A program made the translations under genes and the position numbers. Shown here one piece after another: positions 24,144-35,747 of a stretch of 64,000 nt of DNA (position 1 is the stretch's first letter; every line of letters begins with the position of its first letter). The notes beneath the pieces were generated by a model. It did not search any database. It was not told the DNA's origin and worked only from the letters and a program-made list of their open reading frames with translations. Source of the stretch: an uncultured Gemmatimonadales bacterium (lineage in GTDB: Bacteria > Gemmatimonadota > Gemmatimonadetes > Palauibacterales > Palauibacteraceae); the NCBI GenBank assembly GCA_963783385.1, contig CAWANJ010000009.1:932242-996241 (forward strand), read 5' to 3'.

Positions 24144-24638
24144 ATGGTGACCGACGCGTCGCCCGATCCCCGGACCGAGCTCATCCGGCACACGCTGGCG
24201 ACCGTCGCGTATCGCGGCGCCAAGGCCCTGCGCGGGGCGCCCGCGGGCTTCGGCGCCTACCGGGTGGGACCCACCTCCCGGACCCCCGCGGAGATCCTGG
24301 CCCACGTCGGGGACCTCCTGGAGTGGTCCGCCTGGCTCCTGCGCGGCGAGCATCGGTGGAGCGACTCGGACCCCCTCGCATGGGAGGAGGAGGTCGAGCG
24401 GTTCTTCGGCCTGGCCGACCGCCTCGACAAGACCCTCCTCACCGTGCGTCCCACGGAATGGACCCTGGAGCAGATCTTCCAGGGGCCGATCGCGGACGCG
24501 CTGACCCACATCGGGCAGCTCACCATGCTCCGCCGCCTGGCCGGGGGCCCCGTGCGCGGGGAGAACTACGCGAAGGCCGAGATCCTGAGCGGGCGGGTGG
24601 GACCGCGGCAGGCCGAGCCCCGCTTCGAGTTCGACTGA
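24144..24638 (+). CDS. DinB/YfiT-like protein
   Basis: RTPAEILAHVGDL and DALTHIGQLTMLRRL motifs. Confidence 0.75.
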   Translation: MVTDASPDPRTELIRHTLATVAYRGAKALRGAPAGFGAYRVGPTSRTPAEILAHVGDLLEWSAWLLRGEHRWSDSDPLAWEEEVERFFGLADRLDKTLLTVRPTEWTLEQIFQGPIADALTHIGQLTMLRRLAGGPVRGENYAKAEILSGRVGPRQAEPRFEFD

Positions 24639-24753
24639 GCGGAGCGCCCCGCGCAACGCGCGCCGTCGCTCGCCCCGCTCCGCGGCGGCCCGCTCGCGTC
24701 TCCCATACGGCAAGAGGGAACGGCCATGGTCCCGATACGTACCATGAGCCCGC

Positions 24754-26007
24754 ATGAAGACCGAGCGAACGAGACTGAACCGTCAGGAGTGGTGGGCCGT
24801 CGGCACCTTGAGCGGCGTGTTCTTCCTGCGCATGCTCGGGATCTTCCTCGTGCTGCCGGTGCTGGGCCCGTACGCGAGCAAGCTGCAGGGAGCGACGCCC
24901 CTGCTGGTCGGGCTGGCCTACGGCGCGTTCCCCCTGCTGCAGACGGTGTTCCAGGTGCCGTTCGGCTGGATGAGCGACCACCTCGGGCGCAAGCCGATGA
25001 TCGCCCTGGCGCTGGGCCTGTTCACCGCCGGCAGCGTGTGGGCGGCCTTCGCGCACTCCATCTGGATGCTCATCGGTGCGATGGCGCTGCAGGGCTCCGG
25101 GGCCGTCGCCGCCGTGATCCTCGCGCTCGTGGCCGATCTGACGCGACCGGAAGTCCGGACGCGCTCCATGGCCATGATCGGGAGCAGCATCGGGCTCGCC
25201 TTCGGCGTGGGCTTCGTGGGCGGCCCGCTCCTGGCCGGCCACCTGGGCGTCGCGTCGATCTTCGGGCTATTGGCCGTGGTCACGCCCCTCGCGCTGCTCG
25301 TCGTCCTGTTCGTGGTGCCGACCCCCGACGAGCTGCCGCAGCGCGACGAGGTCGGGGGCTCGGCCGGCGGGTTCAGGCACGTGATCACGGACCCCGACCT
25401 GCTGCGGATGGACAGCGGGATCTTCATGCTCAACGGCACCCTGCGCGGGCTGTTCCTGGTGGCTCCGTTTCTCCTGTCCACCCTGGTGGAGCAGCAGCAC
25501 GAGTGGCTGGTCTACCTGGGCGCGCTGCTGATCGCCGGCGTCGTGATGGTGCCGACGATCATCTTCGCCGAACGCGACGGGTACATGAAGGAGGCGCTGT
25601 ACTTCTCGCTGCTGTCGCTGGGCGCGGGGCTGCTCCTGTTCACGGGCGGCGGCCGGAGCCTCACGTGGTTCTTCGTGGCCATCTCGCTGTACTTCATCGG
25701 CTTCAGCCTGCTCGAAGCCATCATGCCCTCGCTGTTGACGCGGCTGGCCCCGTCCAACGACCGCGGCAAGGCCACCGGCGTGTACAACATGAGCCAGTAC
25801 CTCGGCTCGTTCGGCGGAGCCCTGCTCGGCGCCGCCTTCCTCAGCGGCGACAAGGCCGAGGCCATCGCCGTGGGCTCCCACTACGGGCTCCTGTTCCTGC
25901 TGCTGACCGGCGTCGTCGCGATCTGGGCCTGGGTCGCGTGGAAGCTTCCCATGCCCACGCGCCAGCAGGCCGCCGCCCACGGTTCGGCCGCCGGGGAGAA
26001 GACCTAG
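24754..26007 (+). CDS. MFS transporter (YajR-like)
   Basis: About 12 hydrophobic segments, GWMSDHLGRK motif A, RMLGIFLVLPVL. Confidence 0.92.
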   Translation: MKTERTRLNRQEWWAVGTLSGVFFLRMLGIFLVLPVLGPYASKLQGATPLLVGLAYGAFPLLQTVFQVPFGWMSDHLGRKPMIALALGLFTAGSVWAAFAHSIWMLIGAMALQGSGAVAAVILALVADLTRPEVRTRSMAMIGSSIGLAFGVGFVGGPLLAGHLGVASIFGLLAVVTPLALLVVLFVVPTPDELPQRDEVGGSAGGFRHVITDPDLLRMDSGIFMLNGTLRGLFLVAPFLLSTLVEQQHEWLVYLGALLIAGVVMVPTIIFAERDGYMKEALYFSLLSLGAGLLLFTGGGRSLTWFFVAISLYFIGFSLLEAIMPSLLTRLAPSNDRGKATGVYNMSQYLGSFGGALLGAAFLSGDKAEAIAVGSHYGLLFLLLTGVVAIWAWVAWKLPMPTRQQAAAHGSAAGEKT

Positions 26008-26084
26008 AGGGCTGGGGCGCCCACCTGTGGGCGCAGCGGCCGCCAACCAGACGGCCCCCGCGCGTCACGCGCCCCCTCAGCCCC

Positions 26085-26556
26085 CTACTCGCCCCCCTCC
26101 GCGGCGGCCCGCTTGGCGCGTGACAGGTAGCCGGGCTTGAGGTCCAGCAGGTTCGCGATCTTGCGGGTGAGGTACTGCTCTTCCCTGGCGATCTTCCCAT
26201 CCGCCAGCACCAGCCCCCACATCACCTCGGCCAGCACCATCTTCTGCCCCAGGTCGTAGCTCTTCCGGATGATCGAGGTGGCGTGGTAGTAGTCCACGGA
26301 CTCGCGCCGCTCCTTCTCGGCCAGCTCCAGGAGGTGCTCGCCCGAGTCGGCCGGCAGGTCGAAGTGGCGCTCCAGCACCCCCTGCAGGTGGGCCCGCTCG
26401 TCCCCCGTGAACGCCCCGTCGGCGTACGCGACCTCCAGGAGGAGGGCGCACGCGGCCACGTGCGCCGGGTCGGTCTCCGGGGAATCGGCCTCGGGGGCGT
26501 CGTCGGATTCGGACGAATGCGAGCCGAGGAGAGTGCTTGATCGCGTCGAGCAGCAT
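26085..26556 (-). CDS. TerB family protein (frameshift ~26530)
   Basis: ACALLLEVAYADG...E, LVLADG...E...RKIANLL. Confidence 0.85.
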
Positions 26557-26721
26557 GGCAGTCCGGGTGAAAGGGAAACGGTGTCGGCGGGAAGGTGCCG
26601 CGGGCGGCTCGTCCGGCGCAACGAGCGTTCGTCCCCCCGCTCGAACGTGGCGCCGGGCGCGCGTCACCGCGGATTGCAGATCCTTCGGCCGCGTCGCCGC
26701 CCCACGAGGCAGGGAGCCCGA

Positions 26722-26750
26722 TTGCCATGTATAACGTGATGCGTTATACT
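26722..26750 (+). promoter_or_regulatory. Sigma70 promoter with overlapping operator for higBA
   Basis: TTGCCA-N17-TATACT; inverted repeat GTATAACG-N5-CGTTATAC at 26729-26749; ATG 5 nt after the -10 (leaderless). Confidence 0.85.
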
Positions 26751-26755
26751 GAGCC

Positions 26756-27049
26756 ATGATCGAGTCCTTCGGGAACCCCGGGACGGAAGACATCTTCGAC
26801 AATCGGAATACGAAGGCGGCACGGCGGACGTGCCCCGGGACGCTGTGGCGCGTGGCCCGGAGGAAGCTCGACCAGCTGAACCAGGCGGAGATCCTGGAGG
26901 ACCTGAGGGCACCCCCGAGCAATCGGCTCGAGAAGCTTCGAGGCGATCGGACGGGGCAGCACAGCATTCGGATCAACGAGCAGTACCGGGTCTGCTTCCG
27001 GTGGACGGAGCACGGCCCGGAAGACGTGGAGATCGTCGACTATCACTGA
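26756..27049 (+). CDS. higB: HigB (RelE/ParE family) toxin
   Basis: MIESF...ARRKL...DLRAPPSNRLEKLRGDR.GQHSIRINEQYRVCF.W....VEIVDYH. Confidence 0.93.
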   Translation: MIESFGNPGTEDIFDNRNTKAARRTCPGTLWRVARRKLDQLNQAEILEDLRAPPSNRLEKLRGDRTGQHSIRINEQYRVCFRWTEHGPEDVEIVDYH

Positions 27050-27068
27050 TGCCGGGGAGAAACGAGCC

Positions 27069-27374
27069 GTGACGCGCCTGCCGGCCAACCGCCCTCCCAC
27101 CCATCCGGGAGAGATGCTGCGGGAGGAGTTCCTCATCCCGCTGGAGATGACTCAGACCGAGCTCGCCCGGCGGATCGATGTCTCCTATCCGCGGGTGAAC
27201 GAGATCGTCAACGGGAAACGAGGGATCACGCCCGACACGGCCCTCCGCCTGTCGCGCCTGTTCGGCACGACGCCGGAGTTCTGGCTGAACGGCCAGAGGA
27301 ACTGGGACCTGTGGCACGCGCTGCACAGCCCGGAGGCGGAAGACATCGAGAAGATCGAGCCGGTCGGCGTGTAG
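27069..27374 (+). CDS. higA: HigA antitoxin (HTH)
   Basis: PTHPGEMLREEFL, ITPDTALRLSRLFGTTPEFWLN. Confidence 0.93.
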   Translation: MTRLPANRPPTHPGEMLREEFLIPLEMTQTELARRIDVSYPRVNEIVNGKRGITPDTALRLSRLFGTTPEFWLNGQRNWDLWHALHSPEAEDIEKIEPVGV

Positions 27375-27402
27375 CGGCGGAGGAAGGGCAGCCCCTTCCC
27401 CG

Positions 27403-27727
27403 CTATGCGACATTCGCTTCAGATCGGCCAGCGCCGCCTTCGACGAGCGGCATGACGTAGTACAGGAAGCCGGCCGCCTCCCCCGAGTCGTAGAGCGGCA
27501 GGATGTGCGGATGCCGGAGGCTCGCCGTGGTCTTGATCTCGGCCAGGAACCGCTCGGCGCCGAGAGCCGCGGCCAGGTCGGGGCGCAGCACCTTGATCGC
27601 GACCCTGCGGGAGTGCTTGAGATCATCGGCCATAAAGACTGTGGCCATACCGCCTTCAGCGACCTTGCGCTCGATGGCGTAGCGGTCGGAGAGGGCGGCG
27701 GTCAGGCGGTCCGCGAGGCCCGCTCAC
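27403..27727 (-). pseudogene. Truncated kinase K4 (N-lobe only)
   Basis: GTG overlaps the K5 stop; kinase sequence to YYVMPLVEG, then breaks into unrelated sequence just beyond the higA stop. Confidence 0.8.
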
Positions 27728-30427
27728 GGGCGCCCCGCCCCCTTCAGCTTCGCCCGCAGCTCCGGCAACCAGTGGCGCACGAGCACGAGCCTGGGCGCCG
27801 AGGCGGCACTCGCCCCTTCGGACGCGACGGGGCGGACCATGATGAACCGACGGTCGTCGGGCGCGACCGCGTAGAAGTGGCTCTGGAAGTTGGCCAGGTA
27901 CCCGCGCGCGTCGAACAGCCGGTGGTGGGCCCCCGCGGAGAAGGTGGAGCCGGTGGTCACGTCGACGGCGATCATCTCCCCGGCGCCGTTCCGGTAGAAG
28001 AGCTGGCGCCCGTCGTGCGACCACTCGGCCTCCGTGCCGCCGTCGCTCGAGATCGGATAGAGCCCGTCCCCCGCGTCGGGGAACGGACACACGTAGATCT
28101 CCATCCGCCCCGAGGACGAGGACGTGTAGGCGAGCCAGCGGCCGTCGGGCGACAGGGCCGGACCGTACTCCTGGGCATCGGGTGGCGACCAGGGGCACCG
28201 GCGTGGTGTCGCCGCTCGTGCGCACGGCCAGGATGTCCCCGTTGCCGGCAGCTCCGTCGGACGTGCGGTAGACGATCCACCGCCCGTCGGGCGACCACAG
28301 CCCCTCCCAGGCGGAACGCTTCTCCGCCATCGGCACAGGCGCGGGCCGCCCGGCGCCGTCCGCTCTGCGCTCCCAGAGGCGGCCCGTGCCGTCTCCCTCG
28401 GCCGAGACGTAGAGCACCCTGCGGCCGTCGGGTGACCAGGCCGGCCGGAGGTTGACCCCCGCTCCCTCGGAGGTGAGGCGCGTCGTGGGACCGGCCCGCA
28501 GGGGCAGCACCACGAGGTCCAACCGGCCGGTCGTGCTGTCCCGCACGCTGAGGGCGACCTTCGAGCCGTCGGGCGAGAGCGCCAGGCCCCCGGTCGGCGC
28601 CACCGGCGCGCTCCAGCCACTGTCGAGCGGAGCCACGTCCGACCCGTCGCGGGACACGGAGACCACCTCGGCAGCCCCTCCGGTCGTCGTCCCGCCCCGG
28701 ACGTACAGCATCGTGCCGTCCCGGCCGAGAGCGACCTCGCCGATGCCGGCCAGGACCGACACCGACGGGCCGGCCAGCTCGAGCCTGCCGCGGTCGAAGG
28801 CGGCAGCGTAGAGCCCTCCGTCGGTGCGGGCGTAGACGAGGTCCCTGCCCGGCACGATCCAGGCTCCCGTGGCCCCCTGGACGAGCGTGCGCACGGCGCC
28901 GGTCGGCGACGTCGACGACGACCTCGCTCGTGCCTCGCGCTCCCGCGCTCACTCCCACCATCACCGCGTCGGATCCGGGCACCGGCGCGATGCCGCTGCC
29001 GTTGAGGATTCCGCCCAGCGAGTCGGTCAGGAGCGTCGTCGCCCCACCGTCCGCGGAGGTCCGGAATAGCCGCGAGGCGGAGCGATTTCCGAAGACGACG
29101 GTGCCGTCGTCCAGCCACGCCGTGCCGTAGCCCGCCGCGGAGTCCGACATCGTGACCGGCGCGCCCCCACCGCGTGCCACCCGCATCAGCTTGAGGTCGG
29201 TGTAGACGATCCATCGCCCGTCCGGCGAGAACGACGGTGTCGGCTCGAAGCCGCCGGCCTGGTGCGTCAACTCGGCGAGGGGGCGCGGATCGGCCTCTCC
29301 GCGCTCCTTGATCCACAGCTTCGGACCGCCCACCGTGTCCGTGTACACGATGGCCGAGCCGTCCGGAGCGATGGCCGTGCCCCCGGCGATCATGCCGGGC
29401 AGCGTCGGGCCCAGGACGACCGTCTCGCGCGAGGCGGGAGCCGGCGGCGGACCCGGCCGCAGCCATCCCCATAGCGCCGCCCCGACCAGGACGACCGCCC
29501 CGCCGGCCAACGCGATCGCGGCGCGCTCCCTCCACGTCGCCCTCGCCGCCCCCGGCCCGGCGCCGGCCGCCCCCGCCGCCCCGTGCCGGAACCCCGGATC
29601 CGCCAGCGCGTCCGCGAACGCCCTGGCGCTCTCGAACCGGTCCGCCGGCAGCTTCTCCAGCCCCTTCGCCACCGCCGCCGCCACGTTCGGCGGGCACCGA
29701 CCGGCGGAGCTTCGTGACCGGCGCCGCCTCCTCGGTCACGATCTTCATGATGATCTGCTGGGCCGAGGAGCCCACGTGCGGCGGGTCGCCGGTCAGCATC
29801 TCGTACAGCACGCTCGCCAGCGAGTAGACGTCGCTGCGCCCCGTGATGTCGGGCTCCGCCGTCGCCTGCTCGGGGCTCATGTAGTGCGGCGTGCCGAGCG
29901 AGAGCCCCGTCTCGGTCATGCGCCCGCCCGCCGCCGCCGAGCACCGCCAGCGCGATCCCGAAGTCCGCCACCATCGGGCGCCCGGCGTGCAGCAGGATGT
30001 TCTCGGGCTTGATGTCCCGGTGCACGACCCCGTGCTCGTGCGCGTACTGGAGCGCGTCGGCCACTTCGGAGGTGAGGTCCACCGCCTCCCGCACGGGGAG
30101 CTGCTTCTCGCGGTTCAGACGGTCCCGGAGCGACTCCCCCTCGACGAAGGGCATGACGTAGTACAGGAAGCCGTCCGCGGTGCCCGAATCGAACAGGGGG
30201 AGGATGTTGGGGTGCTGCAGGGCCGCGGTGGTGGCGATCTCCTGGACGAAGCGGTCGGCGCCCAGGACGGCGGCCAGCTCGGGCTTGAGGACCTTGATCG
30301 CCACCTTGCGATTGTGCTTGAGGTCCTCGGCCATAAAGACGGTGGCCATACCGCCCTCGCCGATCTCCCCCTCGACGCGGTAGCGGTCCGCCAGGGCGGC
30401 GGTCAGGCGGTCCGCGGGGCTCGTCAC
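27724..30427 (-). CDS. Ser/Thr protein kinase K5 + TM + PD40 beta-propeller (frameshifted)
   Basis: Pieces in ORFs 29390..30949, 27724..29919, 27972..29684 and 27656..28894; FSPDG/LSPDG/WSPDG repeats. Confidence 0.88.
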
Positions 30428-33070
30428 TTGTTCGCCTCGTCCACGGCGTGCTCCATGTGCGTGAGCCAGTGCGGCACGACCCGGAGATAGTCGACAGAGG
30501 GCTGATCCGGCACCAGCGGATAGATCGCCGCGCCGTCGCGGGTGATCGAAACGGACCAGCCCGAGCCCTCCCCGATGCGCGGGTCGTCGAAGCGCGGCGT
30601 GAGCGGCCCGACGGGCGGGTCGCCACCGGGATGGATGGCCATCGTGTAGGTCCGCCCATCCACCTGGCGGATGAACAGCGTCCCGTCGGGAAGCCAGTAG
30701 GGCTCGTAGGGCTGTCCGGTCGAGAGGGTCCAGCGCCGATCCAGCTTCGGCCACGGGCTCAGGTACATGTTGTACGCCTTGTCGGTCCAGACCAGCCAGT
30801 GCCGGTCGGGTGAGACCCGGGCGAAGAAGGTGTTCTGCGTGATCACCGTGTCGATGCGAGCCGGCTTCACCGAAGCGTCGACCGCGATCACACCCGCGTC
30901 GCCGTTCTTGATCAACATCAGCGACGGATCCACGTACTGGATGAGCCACCTGCGCGACACGTCATTGGGCCACGTGAGCAGGACCCCCGGGGGCTCGGAC
31001 GAGTTCAGGCGCCGGCGCACGACCTCGGAGGAATCGGCACGCTGGCGCAGATAGACCAGGTCCTGTCCGCCCGATGCCCAGAACGGCGTCGACAGGTACG
31101 GGGCCTGGTCCAGCACCTCGTAGTTCCCGGTCTGGACATCGTAGAGGCGCAGCTCCTGGTCGCGCACTCCCTCGACGACGCTCGCCAGCTCGCGTCCGTC
31201 CGGGCCGATGGCGAAGCGCAGGAACTCCGCGGGGTCCCCCGGCAGGATCTCGCGATTGCCATCGAGGGCGCGGCGCACCATGACCTGCATCTGCATGTTG
31301 GCGCCCGGTGCGTACACGAGCGTGCCGTCCCGACTGACGTCCCAGAACCCTTCCCCGGTGTAGACCGGGGCCAGGACGCCGGTGACCAGCGCCACCGAGC
31401 GTCCGACCAGCAGCGAGTCGCGGTCGACGAACTCCGTCGCCATGACGGTCCCGTCGATCGACGTGTACACGAGGTACTTCCCGTCGAAGGGGCGGAAGCC
31501 GGCGCCTCTCAGGGGAACGCGCTCCCCACCGGCCTTGACCTGCATGACGGGCCGCAACGTGAAGGGCTTCCGATCCACGTCCCCGACCACCGCGAACTTC
31601 TCCTCGCCGCCCCCGCAGATCACCTGGCTCGTGGAGAGCAACGAAGGCAAGGGGCAGTAGTTCACGGGCAGATCTCGCACGGGTCCCGTCTGGGGATCCA
31701 CCCAGCGCAGCACGAAGTTGTCGTGGTCGGCGTAGAACAGCGTGCCGTTCTCCAGCCAGCCGCCCCCCCATGCGCCGGGGGACTCCGACACCTTGGTGGC
31801 CGCGCCGCCGGCGATGGGCATGACCCACAGGCCGCCGGACGGACTCACGAACGCCACGCGCTTGCCATCCGGCGAGATGTACGGGGCCATGTACGGGGAC
31901 GCCGCGGGGCCGGCGAGAGGACGGGCGGACGACCCCGTGAGGCTCCGGTACCAGAGCTCCCCCGTCCCGTCCGCCTTGCGGGCGACGTAGACCACGAAAG
32001 AGCCGTCCGGCGACAGGGCGAAGATCGGCTGCGGGGTCTGGGCGACCGCCATCGGCGCGTCGAACGGCAAGCCGACGTCGAAGGTCTTCTCGCCGCCGCC
32101 GGTGAAGGCGTGCCCCAGGACGGCTCCCAGAACGAGGATCGCGGCCGCCGCGATGGCGGCGTAGACCCACGAGCGTGTGCGAGGCCGCCTGGCGGAGCCC
32201 GTGTCCGCCGACGCCCCCGCGGCGCCGTGCCGGAACGCGGGATCCGCCAGCGCGTCAGCGAACGCCTTCGCCGAGTCGAACCGGTCGGCGGGCAGTTTCT
32301 CCAGCGCCTTCCCGATGGCCGCCGCCACGTTGGGCGGCACCGAGCGGCGCAGCTTCGTGACCGGCGCCGCCTCCTCGGTCACGATCTTCATGATGATCTG
32401 CTGCGCCGAAGAACCGGTGTGCGGCGGGTCCCCCGTCAGCATCTCGTACAGCACGCTCGCCAGCGAGTAGACGTCGCTGCGCCCCGTGATGTCGGGCTCC
32501 GCCGTCGCCTGCTCGGGGCTCATGTAGTGCGGCGTCCCCAGGCTCAGCCCCGTCTCCGTCATGCGCCCGCCGGCCGCCGCGCTCACCGCCAGCGCGATCC
32601 CGAAGTCCGCCACCACGGGGCGCCCGTCGTGCAGCAGGATGTTCTCGGGCTTGACGTCCCGGTGGACCACCCCCTGCCGATGCGCGTAGTCCAGCGCGTC
32701 GGCCACCTCGCGGGTGATGCTTCACAGCCTCATCGACGCCGAGCTGCGTCTCCCGGTTGAGCCGATCCCGCAGCGACTCCCCCTCGACGTACGGCATGAC
32801 GTAGTACAGAAAGCCGTCCGCCGTGCCCGAGTCGAACAGCGGGAGGATGTGGGGGTGCTGGAGCTGCGCGGTGGTGGTGATCTCCTGCACGAACCGGTCG
32901 GCGCCCAGGACGGCGGCCAGCTCGGGCTTGAGGACCTTGATGGCCACCTGCCGGTGGTGCTTGAGATCTTCGGCCAGGTACACGGTGGCCATCCCGCCCT
33001 CGCCCAGCTCCCGCTCGACGCGGTAGCGGTCCGCCAGGGCGGCGGCCAGGCGATTGGGAACGCCACTCAT
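30424..33070 (-). CDS. Ser/Thr protein kinase K6 + TM + beta-propeller (frameshift ~32715)
   Basis: ORFs 32255..33334 and 30424..32706; ends MEHAVDEANK. Confidence 0.9.
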
Positions 33071-35747
33071 TGAATGCATCTTCGCTCGAAGCTCCGAGAA
33101 CCGTGCTCGATGTACACGACCGTCTCGGGTCCTTCGGTGGCGTTGCGAATCATGACGAAGTGGCGTCCGTCCGGGCTTGCATCGTACTGCTGGCGATTGT
33201 TGGCGGAGCGGTACGGGAGAACCGAGAACAGCGCATGCGGCGAACCGATCGCGAGCGTCGGTCCGGGCTCGACGTCCACGGCCATCAGCGTTCCACCGCT
33301 CTTGTAGAACAGCTCCCGGCCGCCGCGTGCCCACCGGGGCTCGGAACCGCCGCTCTGGGAGAGCCGCCTCGGCGCGGTAACGTTCGGAAACGACGCGACG
33401 TAGATCTGATCGTCGACACCGGCCCTGGACAGCTCGTAGGCGATCCAGCGTCCGTCGGGTGAGAGCGAGAGGTTGTAAGTGGATGCTCCATCTCCGCCGA
33501 GAAGCTGCCGGGGCGCGGTGTCGCCGCTCATGCGCCGCGTATGAACGAGCGAGAGTGCCTGCTCCTCATCCGTCCGGAACACGACCCACTGTCCGTCAGG
33601 GAGATCTCCCCTCCCACACGGGATACGCGAAGTGGACGAGCCGCTGGGCGGGCGAGCTGTGATTCACCGCCATGCGATAAAGGTCGTAGGACGTCGAGTC
33701 CGCGCGCGCGCCCCGGTTCGAGGGGAACACGACGGATCGGCCGTCCGCGGTCCACGCGGCCGCCAGTTGACCGCGCCCTGCTGGGTGAGCTGCTCCCGCC
33801 TCCCATCGGCGTGCCGGAGCCAGATCTGGGTGGTCTGGCCACGGACGCTCACCGCCAGCGTCTTGCCGTCGGGGGAGATCGCGGGATAATTGAAGTCTAC
33901 CTTCCACATCGTGTCAAGCGGAACCGCCGATCCGTCGAGCGCCACCCACATGAGGTCCGACGCTTCACCGCCACCCGTGCCCGGGCTGGCGTAGAGCACC
34001 GACCCCTTGGCCGACACCGTGAAGTTCCCCGGCTCGACGCCGGGAATCAGAGGAACGCGTCCGGACGTGACCGCCAGTCGATCGACATCGAATTTCACGC
34101 CATAGAGCCCGCCCCCGCGATCGGTGAAGAGCAGGTAGCCACCGGGGACGTACCACGCGCCGACCGCGTCCGAGACAAGCAGCCGATCCTGTCCGGTGCG
34201 CAGGTCCAACGCACGCACCGACGAGCGCACTGCGCAGTTCCCCGAGCAGTATGTGTACAGCACACCCTGGCTCTCGGGGAGCGGCCAGAGCGTGAGAATA
34301 CGGGCGCCCGCTTCCCCCGCGGAGTCCTTCCTCACGATCCAGGTGCTGTCACCGGCGGCACTCACGCGCTTGAGTCCGTCGCCCGCCGCGTACACGATCG
34401 TTCCGTCGTCCAGCCACGTGGCCGCAGCGACGACCTGGCTTGCAATGTTGCCGACGAGAGTCACCGATCCTCCGCTGGCGACGGAGACCTTCCCGAGCTT
34501 GCCGTCCATCGTGCGGTACCCGATCCACCGGCCGTCGGGTGAAAAGAACGGCGCGACTCCACCCGTGGTGCCGGCGAGTGGCGTCGCGAACGCCTCATCG
34601 CGGTCCTTCCGCATCAGCACGAACCCACTGGCAGTCGGTTCGCTGTACACGATCACGGAACCGTCGGGCGAGATGGCGGCCTGCTCGCCTGGAGGCGCGT
34701 ATTGCCCGGATCGAGAACGCTCCCCAGCGCCCGGTCCCAGAGGACGACACGCTGGCGGCTCACCGGTGACGTCGGTGACGAGCGGAACGCTAAATATGCG
34801 GTTGCGGCGGCGAGTGCGAGGCAGGCAGCGCCGAGAACGTAGATCGTCATCCGCGATCGGCGGAGGGCGGCAGGAGCGGCAACGGCGGAGGCGGATGCGA
34901 CCGTGAACGCCGGATCCGCCAGCGCCTCCGCGAACGCCTTCGCCGCTCTCGAACCGGTCGGCCGGCAGCTTCTCCAGCGCCTTGGCGACCGCGGCCGCCA
35001 CGTTGCGCCGGCACGGACTGCCGCAGCTTCGTCACCGGCGCCGGGTCCTCGGTCACGATCTTCATGATGATCTGCTGCGCCGAGGCGCCCGTGTGCGGCG
35101 GCTCGCCGGTCGAGCATCTCGTACAGCACGCACGCCAGCGAGTAGACGTCGCGTGCGCGCCGTGATGTCCCGCTCGGCCGTCGCCTGCTCGGGGCTCATG
35201 TAGTGCGGCGTGCCGAGCTGACAGCCCGGTCTCGGTCATGCGCCCGCCCGCCGGCGGCGCTCACCGCCAGCGCGATGCCGAAGTCGGCCACCAGGGGCCG
35301 GCCGTCGTGCAGCAGGATGTTCTCCGGCTTGATGTCGCGGTGGATGACGCCGTGGCGGTGCGCGTAGTCCAGCGCGTCGGCCACCTCCCGGGTGATGCGC
35401 ACCGCCTCGTCCACGCCGAGCTGCGTCTCGCGGTCGAGCCGGTCGCGCAGCGACTCGCCCTCCACGTACGGCATCACGTAGAAGAGGAAGCCGTCCGCCT
35501 CGCCCGAGTCGAAGAGCGGCAGGATGTGCGGGTGCTGGAGGTTGGCGGTGGTCTTGATCTCCGCCAGGAAGCGCTCGGCGCCGATCACGGCGGCCAGCTC
35601 GGGCCGCAGCACCTTGATCGCGACCTTGCGGTCGTGCTTCAGGTCCTCGGCCAGGTAGACCGTGGCCATGCCGCCCTCCCCGAGCTCCCGCTCGATGCGG
35701 TAGCGGTCGGCGAGGGCCGCGGTCAGGCGGTCGGCGGGGGCCGTCAT
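33067..35747 (-). CDS. Ser/Thr protein kinase K7 + TM + PD40 beta-propeller (many frameshifts)
   Basis: ORFs 35196..35747, 34653.., 33664.., 33596.. and 33067..33582. Confidence 0.85.
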
